Source: the human T2T-CHM13v2.0 reference genome, Homo sapiens. From it: a DNA stretch of 64,000 nucleotides. The stretch lies in assembly GCF_009914755.1 (NCBI RefSeq), contig NC_060931.1. One strand, 5' to 3'. Under the pieces are notes generated by a model. The model worked only from the letters and a program-made list of their open reading frames with translations, searched no databases and was not told the DNA's origin. The translations under genes and the position numbers were made by a program. Shown piece after piece: positions 30,777 to 47,938 of the stretch (position 1 is the stretch's first letter; every line of letters begins with the position of its first letter).

Positions 30777-33525
30777 TCAAGTTTCTTAATATGACTCCAA
30801 ATTAACATTTTCAACCCTACCAAATTTATCTGCTTGGAATATGCATTCCCTTCCTATCTCCATCTCATATCTCTGTTCATCAGAACCCTTCCCATCCTTC
30901 AAAGTCCTTCACAAATGCCCTGTCCTCTAAGCTGTCCTGCTTTCTGGATGGGACTTTCTCTCCCATTCCTTTTGAGCAAGACATCGGTTGCTTTGTTCAT
31001 CCCGCATCCTCACATTCCTTTGCCTTCCCCTGCCTTGGGAGTACGACTTCTCTCCACTATAGGTCTGATGGAGCTTCCAGGTAGAGAACCCCTGGCCACA
31101 AGTGTGAACAAGCTCAGCCAATCATAGCCGATCTTCTGGGGATTTGCTCACACCAGACAGAAGGTGGTTGGAACTGAGTCATTTGATCGTGGCACCCTCG
31201 ACGGCTCTTGCGTTCTTCTTGCTGCAATCCTCAGTGCTGCCTGGTTCCTGTCATTCTCAAAGCATCTGTTAAGCTCTTTTTTCTACTCAGTGAGTTACCC
31301 AGAAGGCTTTCAATAAAACCATTATTTTTTCTGACTGGAGTTAACCAGTATTCATTTCTTTCATGTGCAACCAAAGAGCGCTATTAATATACTTTGAAGC
31401 CCCAGAGCACAGTGTTTTTTCATCTCATAACACACCCTATTTCTGCCTTGTATGGAATAGCTTCCATGATTTCCCCCACATTACTTCTTTCCCCCTTGCT
31501 TTTCTCTACATTCAAGCAGCTGGTCCACTTTGTGCTCATTGCCTTAGAGGGGTGTGAGAGAGCAGAAAAGAGAGAAAAAGAAGTTTCCTAGTAACAGAAA
31601 CACCCCACAGCACAGACAACTGATTTGGAAGCAAACATTATTTGTAATAGTAAGATTCTCTATCTCACCTGCCCAATCTTCCTGGACCAAAGGATTCTCA
31701 GAGTTAGAAGCAAGAAGGAAAGATGGAAGCAGATTCAGAGAGCTAAAATGCTCACTGGTCCTGGAGAGAAGCAGCATTTTCTCCTGTGCCCCTGGTAGAA
31801 CCTTAGGGAGGTAGCAAGACTCCATAAGGAAAATGGATGAGTGCTGTGTTTATGCATACTGCAAAGAGGCACACTGGTTACGTGTAACCCAGAAAGGCCT
31901 AGAAGTAGCAGAGAGAATCAAAAGGTAGGTCCTGAAGGGACCTTGCAGAGGGAATGAGTGTGTCCCCACGGCTGCCTGCACGAACAGATAATACAGAACC
32001 ACAGGGGCAGTGATGTCTCAGCAGATCGTGCTGACAGATGACAATGAGGACCAAAAAGCACCCCCTCCTGATGGCTTCGGATTATGTAAGCCCCTAGAAT
32101 TAGTCATGACCCAAAAAATGGTGAGGACCCCAACTGAGCTTATTCCAACCTGGTAAAAAAGTAGGGCTCAAAACAGATATTAAGTTGTTAAATAAATAGA
32201 GAAATTGTTCTTTCTTACCTGGGTTGAATACTAAGATTTATTCTCCCAATATACTTATTTATATACCAGTCTTTCCCTTTCTGTTAGACAACAACACAGC
32301 TAGGACTGTCTACAGTAAACTGCTGTCACGGTAATTTATACAAAGTACACGCTCAGTGACTATGTCTTTAAGTTGAGTTGAATTGAATCAAGTAACGATT
32401 CAAACTTGAAGTTTATAGCAGGGTTAGATTACCAATATCAATGGGAGGTTTATTCTTGGTTTCTGGGAAGAGTGCTGGATATTTTGCACATTTCTATGAG
32501 AAAATGAAAGAGTTGTATCCATGATCTGGGAACATCAATGGAATTTGCTTCTCCAGCATAATGGGGGTTGTTTGGCTCTAGTGATTAGAAGGAATGAAAA
32601 ACTGAAGCCCAGAGGTACGACAGTTTACCCAAAGTAACAGAATCAGTGAGAGAGTTGGGGCAAGTATCCTCCTCACTCTCCATTTACCCCATCTGGCTGA
32701 GAGTCCATGTCCTACCCTTCACCCAGTCTCTTGCAGACCCTCAACTCATTCTTGCTTCATTGTTTTCATTGTCCATCCTCCCCAGCCACCTGGCAACACC
32801 TCAACTCAGACTGAACCAAGGTCTCTGATCTTTTTGTACACCCGGGCTGCTGGGCTCTGCTTGAGAATATCAGACAACCTCACAGGTTGGTTCCACTAGA
32901 AATTCATAAATGCCAGACTTGACTGGGTCCTCGATGCTGCCAGCAATCTAACAATCTTTCTCTGTCCACGCTCTCCGAGTTTCCATTCTAGTTATTTCAC
33001 AACTTTGTCTACTCTCCTCAAACTTCCGGTCCCACTCCATCTCCCCTTTTCACTCAATGCTACTAAGATGAAGTCCTCTGACGGGAAAATGCTCAGATCC
33101 CCACCACCAAGCCTACATGTATATCTGCATCCACACTCACAAGGAGCACGTTTCCCCTCACAGTCTGAGGGCAGGACTTCACTCGCGCTCTGAATTCCGC
33201 CCCTGCCCAAAACCCCTTGCCTTGCATTGCCCCTCTCTCTGCTCCATCTTTCGCTTCTGAAGCACTTGCTTATCTTCAGACTTGAGTCGATGCATACAGA
33301 TGGTTCCTATTTTAAAAATCAAACACACTTCCGCAGCCCTGTGTTCCCCGCTGTTCTCTTCCCACAGCCGCCTCACTGCTCCCTTCTTGAGTTATCCACT
33401 CTCGTCATCTCCGTTTCCCACCACAGTCTGGAGGGTGCTTCTGGTCAGCTAGAGTTGCTCTTACCTGGGACCTCATTGTTGTCTATGGTGAGCGTGTCAG
33501 TCCTCACCTTGCTGACAGCATTTGA

Positions 33526-33702
<177 letters not shown>

Positions 33703-34277
33703 TGAAAACATTCTGTTATTGATTTTTGTGACTCCACATTCCTCTGATTTTCTCAAATTTCTCCAGCCACATTGTCAGCCTCTTTTTCAAGCTAATTTTC
33801 TTATATCCATTCCTTAATGGTGTCCCTTGGCATTGGTATCTTCTCTGATCACCCCAAATACTGTCCCTGGGCAATTTCATCCACTTCTTGGCTTCAATTA
33901 CATTCATATTGAGGTCTCTCAAATCCATACCTGCCAGTCCTGGCCTGGGTCCTGAGTTCTGCGTCTATAACTCTATTGGACATCTTCACGTGGCATCCCC
34001 AATTCAACAATGCCTAAAACTAGACTCCTTATCTCCATGTCCCCCCAACAAAAACAAAACCAAAATCCTCCTTTTTTTCCTCCCAGTTAAAGGCAACATC
34101 ACCCACCCAGTCATCCTCCTGAGCGTCTTCTACCCTCGTGGTTCCCAAATGTAGTCAATCACTGGATGCTCTCAAGTCAACTCTAAATGTTCCTGAAATC
34201 AGCCTACCGCTGGAGAGAAAACTGTAGGGAAATGGTTAAACTTGCAGTTAGACAATGGGGCTTCAAATCCCAAATCT

Positions 34278-34573
<296 letters not shown>

Positions 34574-34708
34574 TTACTTGGAGATGCAGGCAACTTAGCC
34601 TTTCTATAGTTTCTCCATTTATAAGATGTATGTGGTGATAATACAGCCTTCCTCATGTGGATGCTATGAGGATTAACTGAGCTCGTGCATAGAAAGCACT
34701 TAGAAGAA

Positions 34709-35021
<313 letters not shown>

Positions 35022-35582
35022 AGCACTTAGAAGAGTACTTGGCACATGGTCAGTGTTACCTCTCCTTATAGTCCTCACTGCCACCCACTAGTAGCAGCCA
35101 CCCCCTCTTCTGTTTCCCGGCTGACCAATGCAGTCGGCTGATGGGCTTTCTGTCTACGACCCTGCTCCTCTTCCAATCTGGTCTTCACGCTACCTTCAAA
35201 AGGATTTTGTTAAACAAAATTTGTTCATGTCATTTCCCTACTAGAAACTTAACAGTGGCTGCCCATTGCCCTTAAAACAAATTTCAGATTTCTGATGACG
35301 GCTTACAAGATTCAGCATGACCAGGTCTCTGCATGCCTTTCCAAGCCGATCTTCCGCCATTTCTTCTCAATTCCTTTTCCAGCCACACAACCATTTCCTA
35401 AGACACAACTTGCCCCTTCTCACCTGGGCCTTCTCACCTCTGGGTTTTTGCAATGCTGGCCACTGTGCTGTGAACACCCTTTCTTTACCTCACCTCAATC
35501 CCTCACCTACCTGGGCTGTGCCAACCCCCGCTTATCCTTCAAGTCTCAGCTAAACATCACTTGTTTGAGGAAGATAGGCTTT

Positions 35583-36126
35583 TGTGAAGGTTAATATTAA
35601 GTGTCAACTTGACTAGATTGAAGGATGCAAAGTATTGTTTCTGAGTGTATCCGGGTGTTTCTGGGAGTTGCCTCTCCCAGTGGGAGAGGCAGACCCATCC
35701 TCAATCTGGGTGGGCACTATCCAATGAGCTGCCAGTGCGGTTAGAAAAAGCAGGTGGAAAGGAGATGGAAGAACCCGACTTGCTGAGTCTTCCAGCCTTC
35801 ATCTTTCTTCCGTGCTGAATGCTTCCTGCCCTTGAACATCACACTCCAGATTATTCGGCTTTTGGACTCTTGGACTCACACAGTGGTTTGCCAGGGGCTC
35901 TCAGGCTTTTGGCCACAGATTGAAGGCTGCACTGTCCACTTCCCTACTTTTGAGGTTTTGGGACTGAGACTGAGCCACCACTGGCTTCCTTGCTCCTCAG
36001 CTTGCAAATGACTTATTGTGGGACTTCACCTTGTGATGGTGTGAGTCAATTCTCCTTAAGAAACTCCCTTTCATACATTCATATGTCCTATTAGTTCTGT
36101 CCCTCTAGAGAACCCTGACTAATACA
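35583..36126 (+). mobile_element. MLT2A2-type solo LTR
   Basis: TGTGAAGGTTAATATTAAGTGTCAACTTG...AGAACCCTGACTAATACA; TSD GCTTT/GATTT. Confidence 0.88.
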
Positions 36127-37315
36127 GATTTAGCCTCCCAACTTGGAGAATGCCCCATCCTCTCCCGGTCCGTAACATTTACCACTGGGCTTTGTCATTG
36201 TCTATTTGTCTGTTTCTCACTGCAGATGATGAGCTCTGCTATCTTTTATAATTGCTTTTATTGCCTGTCTCCACACTAGAGTCTGAGCTATTTGGGAGCA
36301 GGGACTTCATTTGGTCCCCATTGCATCCCAAGAGCCTAGAAGTGTGCCTGGCACACTGAGTACCCTCTCAGTTAATATTTGTTAAATAAACTAAATGATG
36401 CCTAGGCTATTATTTTCCCAACACAGATGTGAGGTTTTTAGGTTGAAAAAAATGTATATTATAATTCATTTTGGAAATTGAACGCCCAGCAAATCTTCTT
36501 AAAATAATATAATCTGTTCTTGTTCAGAGACCACTCACCTTGAGAAACCTTGTACAATCTTCTCAGGTGACATCTCTGCACTTGATCATCTCTACTGTAA
36601 TATATCTTCATGGAATGGGCTCCAGAGACCCTTAACCTTGAAGCAATCTTAGTTCATCTCTCTATAGAAAGATTTTTATATCAGAAAGCCTGTGGGCTAC
36701 TTTAACATGAAATAATGACCTTAATCACATTTGACAACCCTTTCTACTTAAAATTATTTATGAGATTCAAGCGAGTAGTTAGGAACTTAATGACCGATCT
36801 CACTTTAAATGGTCCTTCCTTCCTAATGCTTTTGCTATAATGACTTGCAACATAAGGTTGACTTTGTTGGTTCTAGAAAGTAAGACAAAGACTTTCCTTC
36901 ATTTAAAAATGTTATTTTAAAAATTTCTTTCCTTAAGCTAAAACAGATGAGATTCAAAAAGGGCATATGTCCCTAATTATTATGATTAAGCATTTATTCT
37001 TTTCACGTTAGTGTTTGGGCATCTTTTGGTCACCCAGTCCTGTTCTCTCTTCTCTTTTTTCGCTTTCCTGCCTGCCACATTTCCTGATGGCAAAGAAAAC
37101 AAATAATTCAAAAGAGAAAAGTACACAATATACACAGATATACAAATGTAGAGAGAGGGCTCTTGCAATATAATCATATATGGGGAAAGAAGGATTTGCA
37201 GCAATGTCAATATAATCTATTAGTGTATATGTGTGTGTGTGTATGTTTATATGTGTATGTGTGCATGTATGTGTATATATGTATATATAAAGACTCAGTT
37301 TCAACATGCTTATCA

Positions 37316-37378
37316 TATCAATTTCCAGGGTCATCTTCATAAATGAGTAAAATTTTAATAGATGCATATGAACACATG
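37316..37378. repeat. Left arm of a 63-bp inverted repeat
   Basis: 56/63 identity, ungapped, to the reverse complement of 38827-38889. Confidence 0.93.
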
Positions 37379-37387
37379 TAAGTATGT

Positions 37388-38277
37388 GTATATACACATA
37401 TATACACGCATACCTGTATAAATATATACACATATATACACGCATACCTGTATAAATATACACACATATATACACGCATACCTGTATAAATATACACACA
37501 CATATACACGCATACCTGTATAAATATACACACATATATACACGCATACCTGTATAAATATACACACATAGATACACGCATACCTGTATAAATATACACA
37601 CATAGATACACGCATACCTGTATAAATATACACACATAGATACACGCATACCTGTATAAATATACACACATACATACACGCATACCTGTATAAATATATA
37701 CACATACATACACGCATACCTGTATAAATATATACACATACATACACGCATACCTGTATAAATATATACACATACATACACGCATACCTGTATAAATATA
37801 TACACATACATACACGCATACCTGTATAAATATATACACATACATACACGCATACCTGTATAAATATATACACATACATACACGCATACCTCTATAAATA
37901 TATACACATACATACACGCATACCTCTATAAATATATACACATACATACACGCATACCTGTATAAATATATACACATACATACACGCATACCTGTATAAA
38001 TATATACACATACATACACGCATACCTGTATAAATATATACACATACATACACGCATACCTGTATAAATATATACACATACATACACGCATACCTGTATA
38101 AATATATACACATACATACACGCATACCTGTATAAATATATACACATACATACACGCATACCTGTATAAATATATACACATACATACACGCATACCTGTA
38201 TAAATATATACACATACATACACGTATACCTGTATAAATATATACACATATATACATGTATAAATATATACACATAT
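37388..38277. repeat. 34-bp minisatellite, ~26 units (CATACCTGTATAAATATATACACATACATACACG)
   Basis: Anchor at 37409 recurs every 34 bp to 38225 (25 copies) plus partial flanking units. Confidence 0.97.
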
Positions 38278-38826
38278 ATTCCATATTATGTGCATATAAT
38301 GCATGTATATATACATATGTATACCATGTAATATACATATATGAAATAAACATGTATTTTATATACATATGTAAGCTATGTAGTATATGTACATAAAATA
38401 CATGCATTTTATGTACATATGTATACTATGTAATATATGTATGTAAAATACATGTATTTTACATACATATGTATACTATGTATTATACATACATAAAATA
38501 CATATATATTATGTACATATGTATAATATGTATACTATACACATATATTTTATAATACACATATATTTTATGTTGATATATGATATATATTTTATATATG
38601 TGTACCATAGAGTATACATATGTATGTATACATGGATTATATATACATTTATAAATAACAAATACACATTTATATATGTACTGTATGTATGTATACCTAT
38701 ACACACATACATATACAAACACAATACATATATTAATATATTCATATTATTTATAAATAGATGTTTGTGTGTATTACCTGTGTGTATTATACACACATAA
38801 TATGAATATGTGTGTGTATATAAACC
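38278..38826. repeat. Degenerate (TA/CA/TG) low-complexity tract
   Basis: AT-rich alternating purine-pyrimidine sequence. Confidence 0.9.
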
Positions 38827-38889
38827 CATATGTTCATATGCATCTACAAAAATGTTACCCACTTATGAAGATGACCCTGGAAATTAATA
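38827..38889. repeat. Right arm of the 63-bp inverted repeat
   Basis: CATATGTTCATATGCATCTA...TTATGAAGATGACCCTGGAAATTAATA. Confidence 0.93.
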
Positions 38890-39609
38890 GATGTACTAAG
38901 TATTTATGCCCCTTACAAAACTACACCGCCATACACATTTGTTTGAATTTTTAACATTTAATAACTCCAACATTTCTCCAAAGGAAATGTTAGTAATCTT
39001 TTTGTTTGGCCTAAATGTGGTACTTTTCCTTTCTTCCCAAAAACTCTCATGTTAAGCCAAAGTAAATGAAATGCCCTCTAGATTTGGGGCTAATTCCTTG
39101 ACACCACCTGAAAAACCTGGAGACACCCCTGCATGCTTTAAACAGCCCAGAATTCCTGCTGAGGTGCGTCTTGCGCTTCTTACACTGTGTGCTCTCCACC
39201 TAGGCTGGACAGGTCTCCCTGCAACGCTGCACTTCATCCTTGTCCCAGGGGACATACGGCCTTTTCAGAAGAAGCTAAGGTCTTTCTTACTTACCACTGT
39301 TGCAAGAAGAATTTGAGAGCTTTCTTTTCTGTGAACTTCTGGGCTTCCCTGCTCTTCCAAAGATCGTTCTTTCGCCATGCCCAAAAGCTGGCAAACTGTC
39401 CACGGTGAGCTGTGTGACACAGAATCTGCAGAGGTGGGGAAGGCCATGGCCAAGGCTCTGTCATTTTGATAGAGTTTTGGAAAAGATGTCTCTTGTCTCT
39501 GCTATTCTTGGGAAAGTGATGTGTGAAATGAAAGCAAAACAGTATATCGGTAAAATAGGCACTCTCCACAGGGGTTTGAAAGCCACCTTAGTAGATAATG
39601 TAACAACAA

Positions 39610-39885
39610 TGTGGCTCACACTTGTAATCCCAGCAATTTGAGAGGCCAAGGTGGGCAGATTGCTTGAGTTCAAGATTAATCTGGGCAACATGGCAAGACG
39701 CTGTCTCGACAAAAAATTTTTAAAAATTGGCCATGTGTGGTGGTGTTCACCTGTGGTCCCAGTTACTCAGGAAACTGAGGTGGGAGGGTCACCTGAGTCT
39801 GGAGGTAGAGACTGCAGTGTGCCAAGATCATGCCTCTGCACTCCAGCCTGGGCAACAGAGTGAGACCCTGTCTCAAAAAAAAAAA
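39610..39885 (+). mobile_element. AluJ
   Basis: Diverged dimer with small deletions. Confidence 0.92.
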
Positions 39886-40773
39886 GCTCTGCTAAGCGTA
39901 GAAAGTGCTCCAGGGAGTACCTGGATTCAGTGTCAACAGAATGTCCATGCCACCTACAAAAATAGTAGATACAGTGATTACAGCACACAGTACATAATCT
40001 AAAGCAAGGAAAAGCACTTACATTTGCCTCTGTGGAAGCAACCAACAAGGCCGTGGGAAAATGAATAGCACAAGGCAGACACACAAACCCCTGGGAAACT
40101 GAGAGAACAGCAGGATGACCTAAAGAAATCCAACAATGAGTATCAAGTGGTAATTTGACGTGAACAAATGTAATTTTCAAATAAATTAGCAAAACCAGAA
40201 AGAGAAAAAAAGAAGGAATGGAGAAGCCAGACATCTTCTTCCTCCCACTTGCTAATGCCCAACTGTCAACAGGCGGCCATCCCTCCACTCCCTGTTCCCT
40301 GTAAGGGCTGCTCTCCCGCTGAGTCCAGCTCTTCAGAAGGGAGAGTGGAGCTTTCAAGTGTTTCTGCAAACTAGAAGACCTGCGTTTCTACCACATTTTA
40401 TTATTAATTAGGCATGCTAATTAATCAATCCAAAGCACATCACTTTCCTTCCCTGTACCTCAATTCCTCTCTGTCAACTAAGGAATTTGGACTAAATTAT
40501 CTCTCAGCTTCCTTTAGCTTGACTGTTGCATGCTAACTTTCTGAGTCACCTTTCATAAATGTGGAAATCTAAAGCCACTATTGTTCCAGTCTTGAAACCA
40601 TGTAGTAAAAATGTTTGATCAGTTTAATTAAAGTATCTTTTCTACTGAATACAAAAGTAGAAGTTGGGGAGAATCTAAAAGTAGATTTACCAGTAGTCAG
40701 TACTATGGAAAGGGAAGATCTTGCAAGTTAATATCCTACTAACTAGATCTTAAGTGGATCTTAAGAAAAAGGA

Positions 40774-41589
<816 letters not shown>

Positions 41590-41742
41590 TGTATATCTAT
41601 ATGTGACTTAAGTCACATGTTATCATTGGATTCATTAAAATAAGTTAAATAAAATTGATGAAAGGTAAAATTTCCACAATGAATATTTATCAAACTTCTT
41701 TTGGGTTTGTTTTGCTCAAGGGGGAGCTCTCTAGTGTAATCC

Positions 41743-42261
41743 TGTTGTAAACAAGCGAGTTATAGAGAAACGCCACACTTTGAGACAAATTATGGAGTCC
41801 TTTATTAGCCGGTGACTGAGAAACAGCTAGCGCTCAAAATTCTCTCAGCCCTGAAGAAGGGGCTAGATTCTCTTTCATACTATGGTCTAAATAGGGGAGG
41901 GGGGGTTAACTGAAGCAATTTTACAGAAGCAGAATAGGTAAAAAGTTAAAAAAATTAATTGGTTATAGAAGCAGTTACAAAAAATAAACAGTTCCAGGTG
42001 CAGGGGCTTAAATTATCACTAAGAGATAAACGCAGGGGCTTTAGGTGCCTTCCATCGAGCACATTCCCAGGAGCTGCTGGTACAGCCTGCCTCAATATCT
42101 TATCAGCAGGTGCATTCCTGGATGTGCTTGGAGTGAGCTTGCACTAGTTAGTCCCTTAAGGGGGCTATGGAGGGCTGCAAGTGAAGAAACTAAAATGGAG
42201 TCTGTCTGGCTCTCTCTGCTAGGAGAGAGTCACTCAGGTTAAAACAAGGTAGGTTATCACA
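41743..42261 (-). mobile_element. ERV1 solo LTR (LTR15-like; family uncertain)
   Basis: TG...CA termini, perfect 4-bp TSD ATCC (41739-41742 / 42262-42265), minus-strand AATAAA at 41801-41806. Confidence 0.75.
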
Positions 42262-42780
42262 ATCCTACACCTCTTCTCCCCTGTCCATCAAGAAGAAAGA
42301 CAAGATCTTAAAGATCACAGCCCTATCCCACTCTGTCAAAAAGAGGGGAAAACCATAATTATTCCCTCAGGGAATTTTCTCAGCGTCTCCTCTGCATTTC
42401 CTTCAGTCAGCTTGCTTACTCCATGGAAATTTGCACTTCTCAGTGGTTGTCCAGAAAATAGCCATTATCTTACTAAGGTCAGAAATATGACAGAAGTTTT
42501 TGCCTAAGCAAAATAAGAGTCAGAAAGACAAACAAAAGGCATAACTGAAATTTACTAGCTAGTCTTTCAAAGAGAGCCTTAAACGAATTTGTCCTCTTCT
42601 GCCCTCTCGCTGATTTTTATAAATTGTTGGCAATCTTGTTTGCCACCAACTGTACTAAAGGGGAAGAGGGGAGGGAAGGACTTACCAGAGTTAATAATAC
42701 TAATATTTCTACTATCTGGCATAGCAGAAGCTACTAGAGATCTCTATTTTCTGTTTTCTATTATTACCCATTTTCTATAA

Positions 42781-43360
42781 CAGAGGTCAGCCTCTGGGCC
42801 AAATCCAGCCCACCACCTGCTTTTGTAAATAAAGTTTTATTGACACTGATATGGTTTGGCTTTGTCCCCACCCAAATCTCATCTTGAATTGTAGCTCCCA
42901 TAATTCCCATGTATTGTGGGAGGGACCCAGTGGGAGATAATTGAATTATAGGGGCATTTTCCCCCACACTGTTCTCATAGTAGTGGATAAGTCTCATGAG
43001 AGCTGATGGTTTTATAAGGGGAAATCCCTTTCACTTGGCTCTCATTCTCTCATCTGCCATCTTGTAAGACATGCCTTTCACACTCCACCATGATTGTGAG
43101 GCCTCCCCAGCCATGTGGAACTGTGAGTCCATTAAACCTCTTTTTCTTTATAAATTACCCAGTCTTGGGTATGTCTTTATCAGCCGCGTGAAAACTCACT
43201 CATACAGTCACACAACCACGAGCATTCATCTGTGCACTGTCTATGGCTGCCATCGTATGGTTACAGCAGGGTTAAATAGCTGAGACAGAGGCCATGTGCC
43301 TCACAAAGCCTAAAATATTTACTAACTGGCCTTTTACAGGAAAACAATTGCCAACTCTTG
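42781..43360. mobile_element. MER58A hAT MITE split by a THE1 LTR
   Basis: GGGCCAAATCCAGCCC...GTAAATAAAGTTTTATTG...CAAAGCCTAAAATATTTACT; perfect 8-bp TSD TTCTATAA. Confidence 0.9.
42847..43206 (+). mobile_element. THE1 (THE1B-like) solo LTR
   Basis: TGATATGGTTTGGCT...CTCATACA; TSD GACAC/GTCAC. Confidence 0.92.
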
Positions 43361-43438
43361 TTCTATAATAATAGAACACACAACTTTAAGCAAGGTGCAT
43401 GGCTGCCTAGAAGACAGGACTTACAAGTGGAAATTGTG

Positions 43439-43971
<533 letters not shown>

Positions 43972-44146
43972 TTAACATAAAATGTAGCATAAGCTAAAAC
44001 TATCTTTTTATGTATCTTCCTCAAACAAAAACACATGGCATCTGCATTCAAGTCAAACAGACATTACCAAAGCTATTCAAAATAATTCCAAATAAGTAAA
44101 TTCCAGACCATTCAGTAAAAGTATCATTATAGAGAGATGGGTGTGC

Positions 44147-44264
44147 TCCTCATTTGCATCTGAAGTTTTGTTTCTATGTGTTATAATTTCTCAGTTTATC
44201 ATCCTCATCTGCATCTGAAGTTTTATTTCTACATACTATAATTTCTCAGTTTATTATCCTCATC
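44147..44264. repeat. 55-bp tandem duplication
   Basis: TCCTCAT at 44147, 44202 and 44257; two diverged copies. Confidence 0.9.
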
Positions 44265-45008
44265 CTTAATTGGGTGAGGACAGCATGTTATTTCTGTTAA
44301 GTATAATAACTATTAAACAAAGTTGTCACGCCCTATGTAATTGGGAATGTCAAATTCAAAATGTGTGCTTTCCTAATGTGTCATGACAAATTAATAGGCA
44401 TTTGTCAGGGGAGAATCAGGGTCATGTTGGCTATAGGTTGACTTTTCCTTCTTGCGGTTATTGTCTTTTTGCTTTCATTGTTGATTGGTAAAAACTGTTC
44501 CATCACAACAGGCAAGAAACCTGTGCCTGGTGACATAGCAGGTGTGGGGCACATGTCTTAACAAAATGCCTTTTTATTAATTTAATTAGCACCTGTGATC
44601 ACAGGCTGGTGATGCAAGAGCGAGTAGCCAAAGCATTGACTCCACAAAGGCTGCCTTCCCCCACAGCAACCATCACTCTGGGACTCTTTCTTCTCTGTCT
44701 TCCTCCAGTGCAAAGTCAGGTGTCACTCACTCCTGTCGCCTGATCTCTATTACATTAAAAAGGTGAAAATATGGGCCTTTCTGGAAATGTGACACTTTGA
44801 TGAAATATTTTGCTTTTACTTGATGAGAAAATGTTAGAGGATTTAAGAATAAATAGTAATATAAATGTTTAGAGTAGAATCATAGAATTTAGAATGGTGG
44901 AAGATACCCTTGAAATCATTTAGCCTCAGCTCCTCACTCTCTGGAAAATAAAACTGAGGCTCAGAAAGGTGAGGTGTTTGCCCAAAGTTATAGAAAGATC
45001 TGGATTAG

Positions 45009-45712
<704 letters not shown>

Positions 45713-45986
45713 TAGGTGTGTAATGGGTTTTGGAACCACAGGGAATGTTTCCCAGAAAACATGGACTTCCTCCTCTCATAGCACGTTGGGCAAGTTAGGA
45801 TAGCCACGGTCTAAGCATGGTTATCAATAAACAGATTAGATGTTCAAAGATCGTGCTATCCAGAGGTAATCAGAAAGACCTAAAAATTCAGTAATTTTGC
45901 TAATACATGAATTTGGCTTTGCCAGGAAAATCTCTTCGATTACAATCACCCCAAGCATCCACCCATTATCAAACATAGCTTTGCTA

Positions 45987-46346
<360 letters not shown>

Positions 46347-46595
46347 CTATTGTGAAAAATTGCTTAGTTTCAAGTGGTAGTAACAGTTCAAATTGGCCCA
46401 GACCAAAAATAGGGTGCAAATGATTGATTCATATAACCAGACGGTCTAAGGATACAATAGTTTCAGACCAGGTTAGGTCCAGGTGTTAAATGATGCCATT
46501 AAGAAGACGTTTCCATCTTTCCACATTACTTCCTCTGTGTTAGTTTCCTTCTCAAGGAGTCTCTCTGCTTGTGACAAAAAGACTATCACCACTCC

Positions 46596-47080
<485 letters not shown>

Positions 47081-47217
47081 GTCTACATCACCAGCTACAA
47101 ACTTACATCCTACTCACTTAGCAACCTCAAAGGGTTCATGTTCCCGTTTGTGGAGTCGGAGAATGTGGTGAGAAAACTTGAACCACACCAACTGAAATGG
47201 GTACAGTGGGGGATGCC

Positions 47218-47938
47218 CAGTGGCATGCTGGTAAATGTTTAACAACCAGCTTCAGGGTTGGGGGTGAGGTCCTCATCTGTAATGTATGTTAATTTTTTTG
47301 GTGTAAATACTGTCACCATGGCAGATTTCACACCACCAATGTGGTCCCTGAGCATGGGATTGGGAAGAGGTGTGCAGGAGTAGCCATTAGATAACATTTC
47401 TACCATATAGCCAAATGGATGGCCTCAAGATTATCCAAAATAATAAAACGTAGCAAAATAATCAGGAAGTGATGACTTTTGAGTATGTATTACCTTTGCT
47501 TTTAATATCTTAATTTATTAAATCACAGGTTTATGAGCCAGGCACGATAGCTAACGCCTGTAATCCCAACGCTTTGAGAGGTCTAGGCAGGACGATCACT
47601 TGAGGCCAGGAGTTGGAGACCAGCCAGGGCAACAAAACAAGACCCCATCTCTATAAAAACATTTAAAAACTAGCTGGGAGTGGTGGTGCCCAGCGGTGGT
47701 CCTAGCTACTCAGGAGGCTGGGGCAGGAGGATTGCTTGAGCCCGTGAAGCGGAAGCTGCAGCAAGCTATGATTACACCACCACACTCCAGTCTGAACAAC
47801 AGAGTGAGACCTTGTCTCAAAATAAAAAGGAGAAATTTTTAGAATTTAATGTTAAATAACGACTATGTATGGCCAAATTCCTGAAATCTTAACAATTAGC
47901 TTTTATGAGCTGGTGTGAGCAGATCTATCATACTACTG
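47218..47938. mobile_element. MER63-like hAT element split by an AluJ
   Basis: CAGTGGCATGCTGGTAAATGTTTAACAACC ... CATACTACTG termini. Confidence 0.75.
47536..47827 (+). mobile_element. AluJ
   Basis: J diagnostics. Confidence 0.93.

Noticed and set aside
35583-36126. Second MLT2A LTR as a DUX4-driven promoter
   Set aside because: The donor GTGAGT at 36041 is intact, but the DUX4-like motif is degraded (TGACTAGATTG) and no downstream exon is identifiable
37008-38407. Long minus-strand ORFs (up to 332 aa, Y/V/C/I/M-rich)
   Set aside because: Translation of the 34-bp tandem repeat
39289-39569. Minus-strand GTAAGT donor next to a 92-aa ORF
   Set aside because: Single motif with no supported acceptor or partner exon; cannot be called without transcript data
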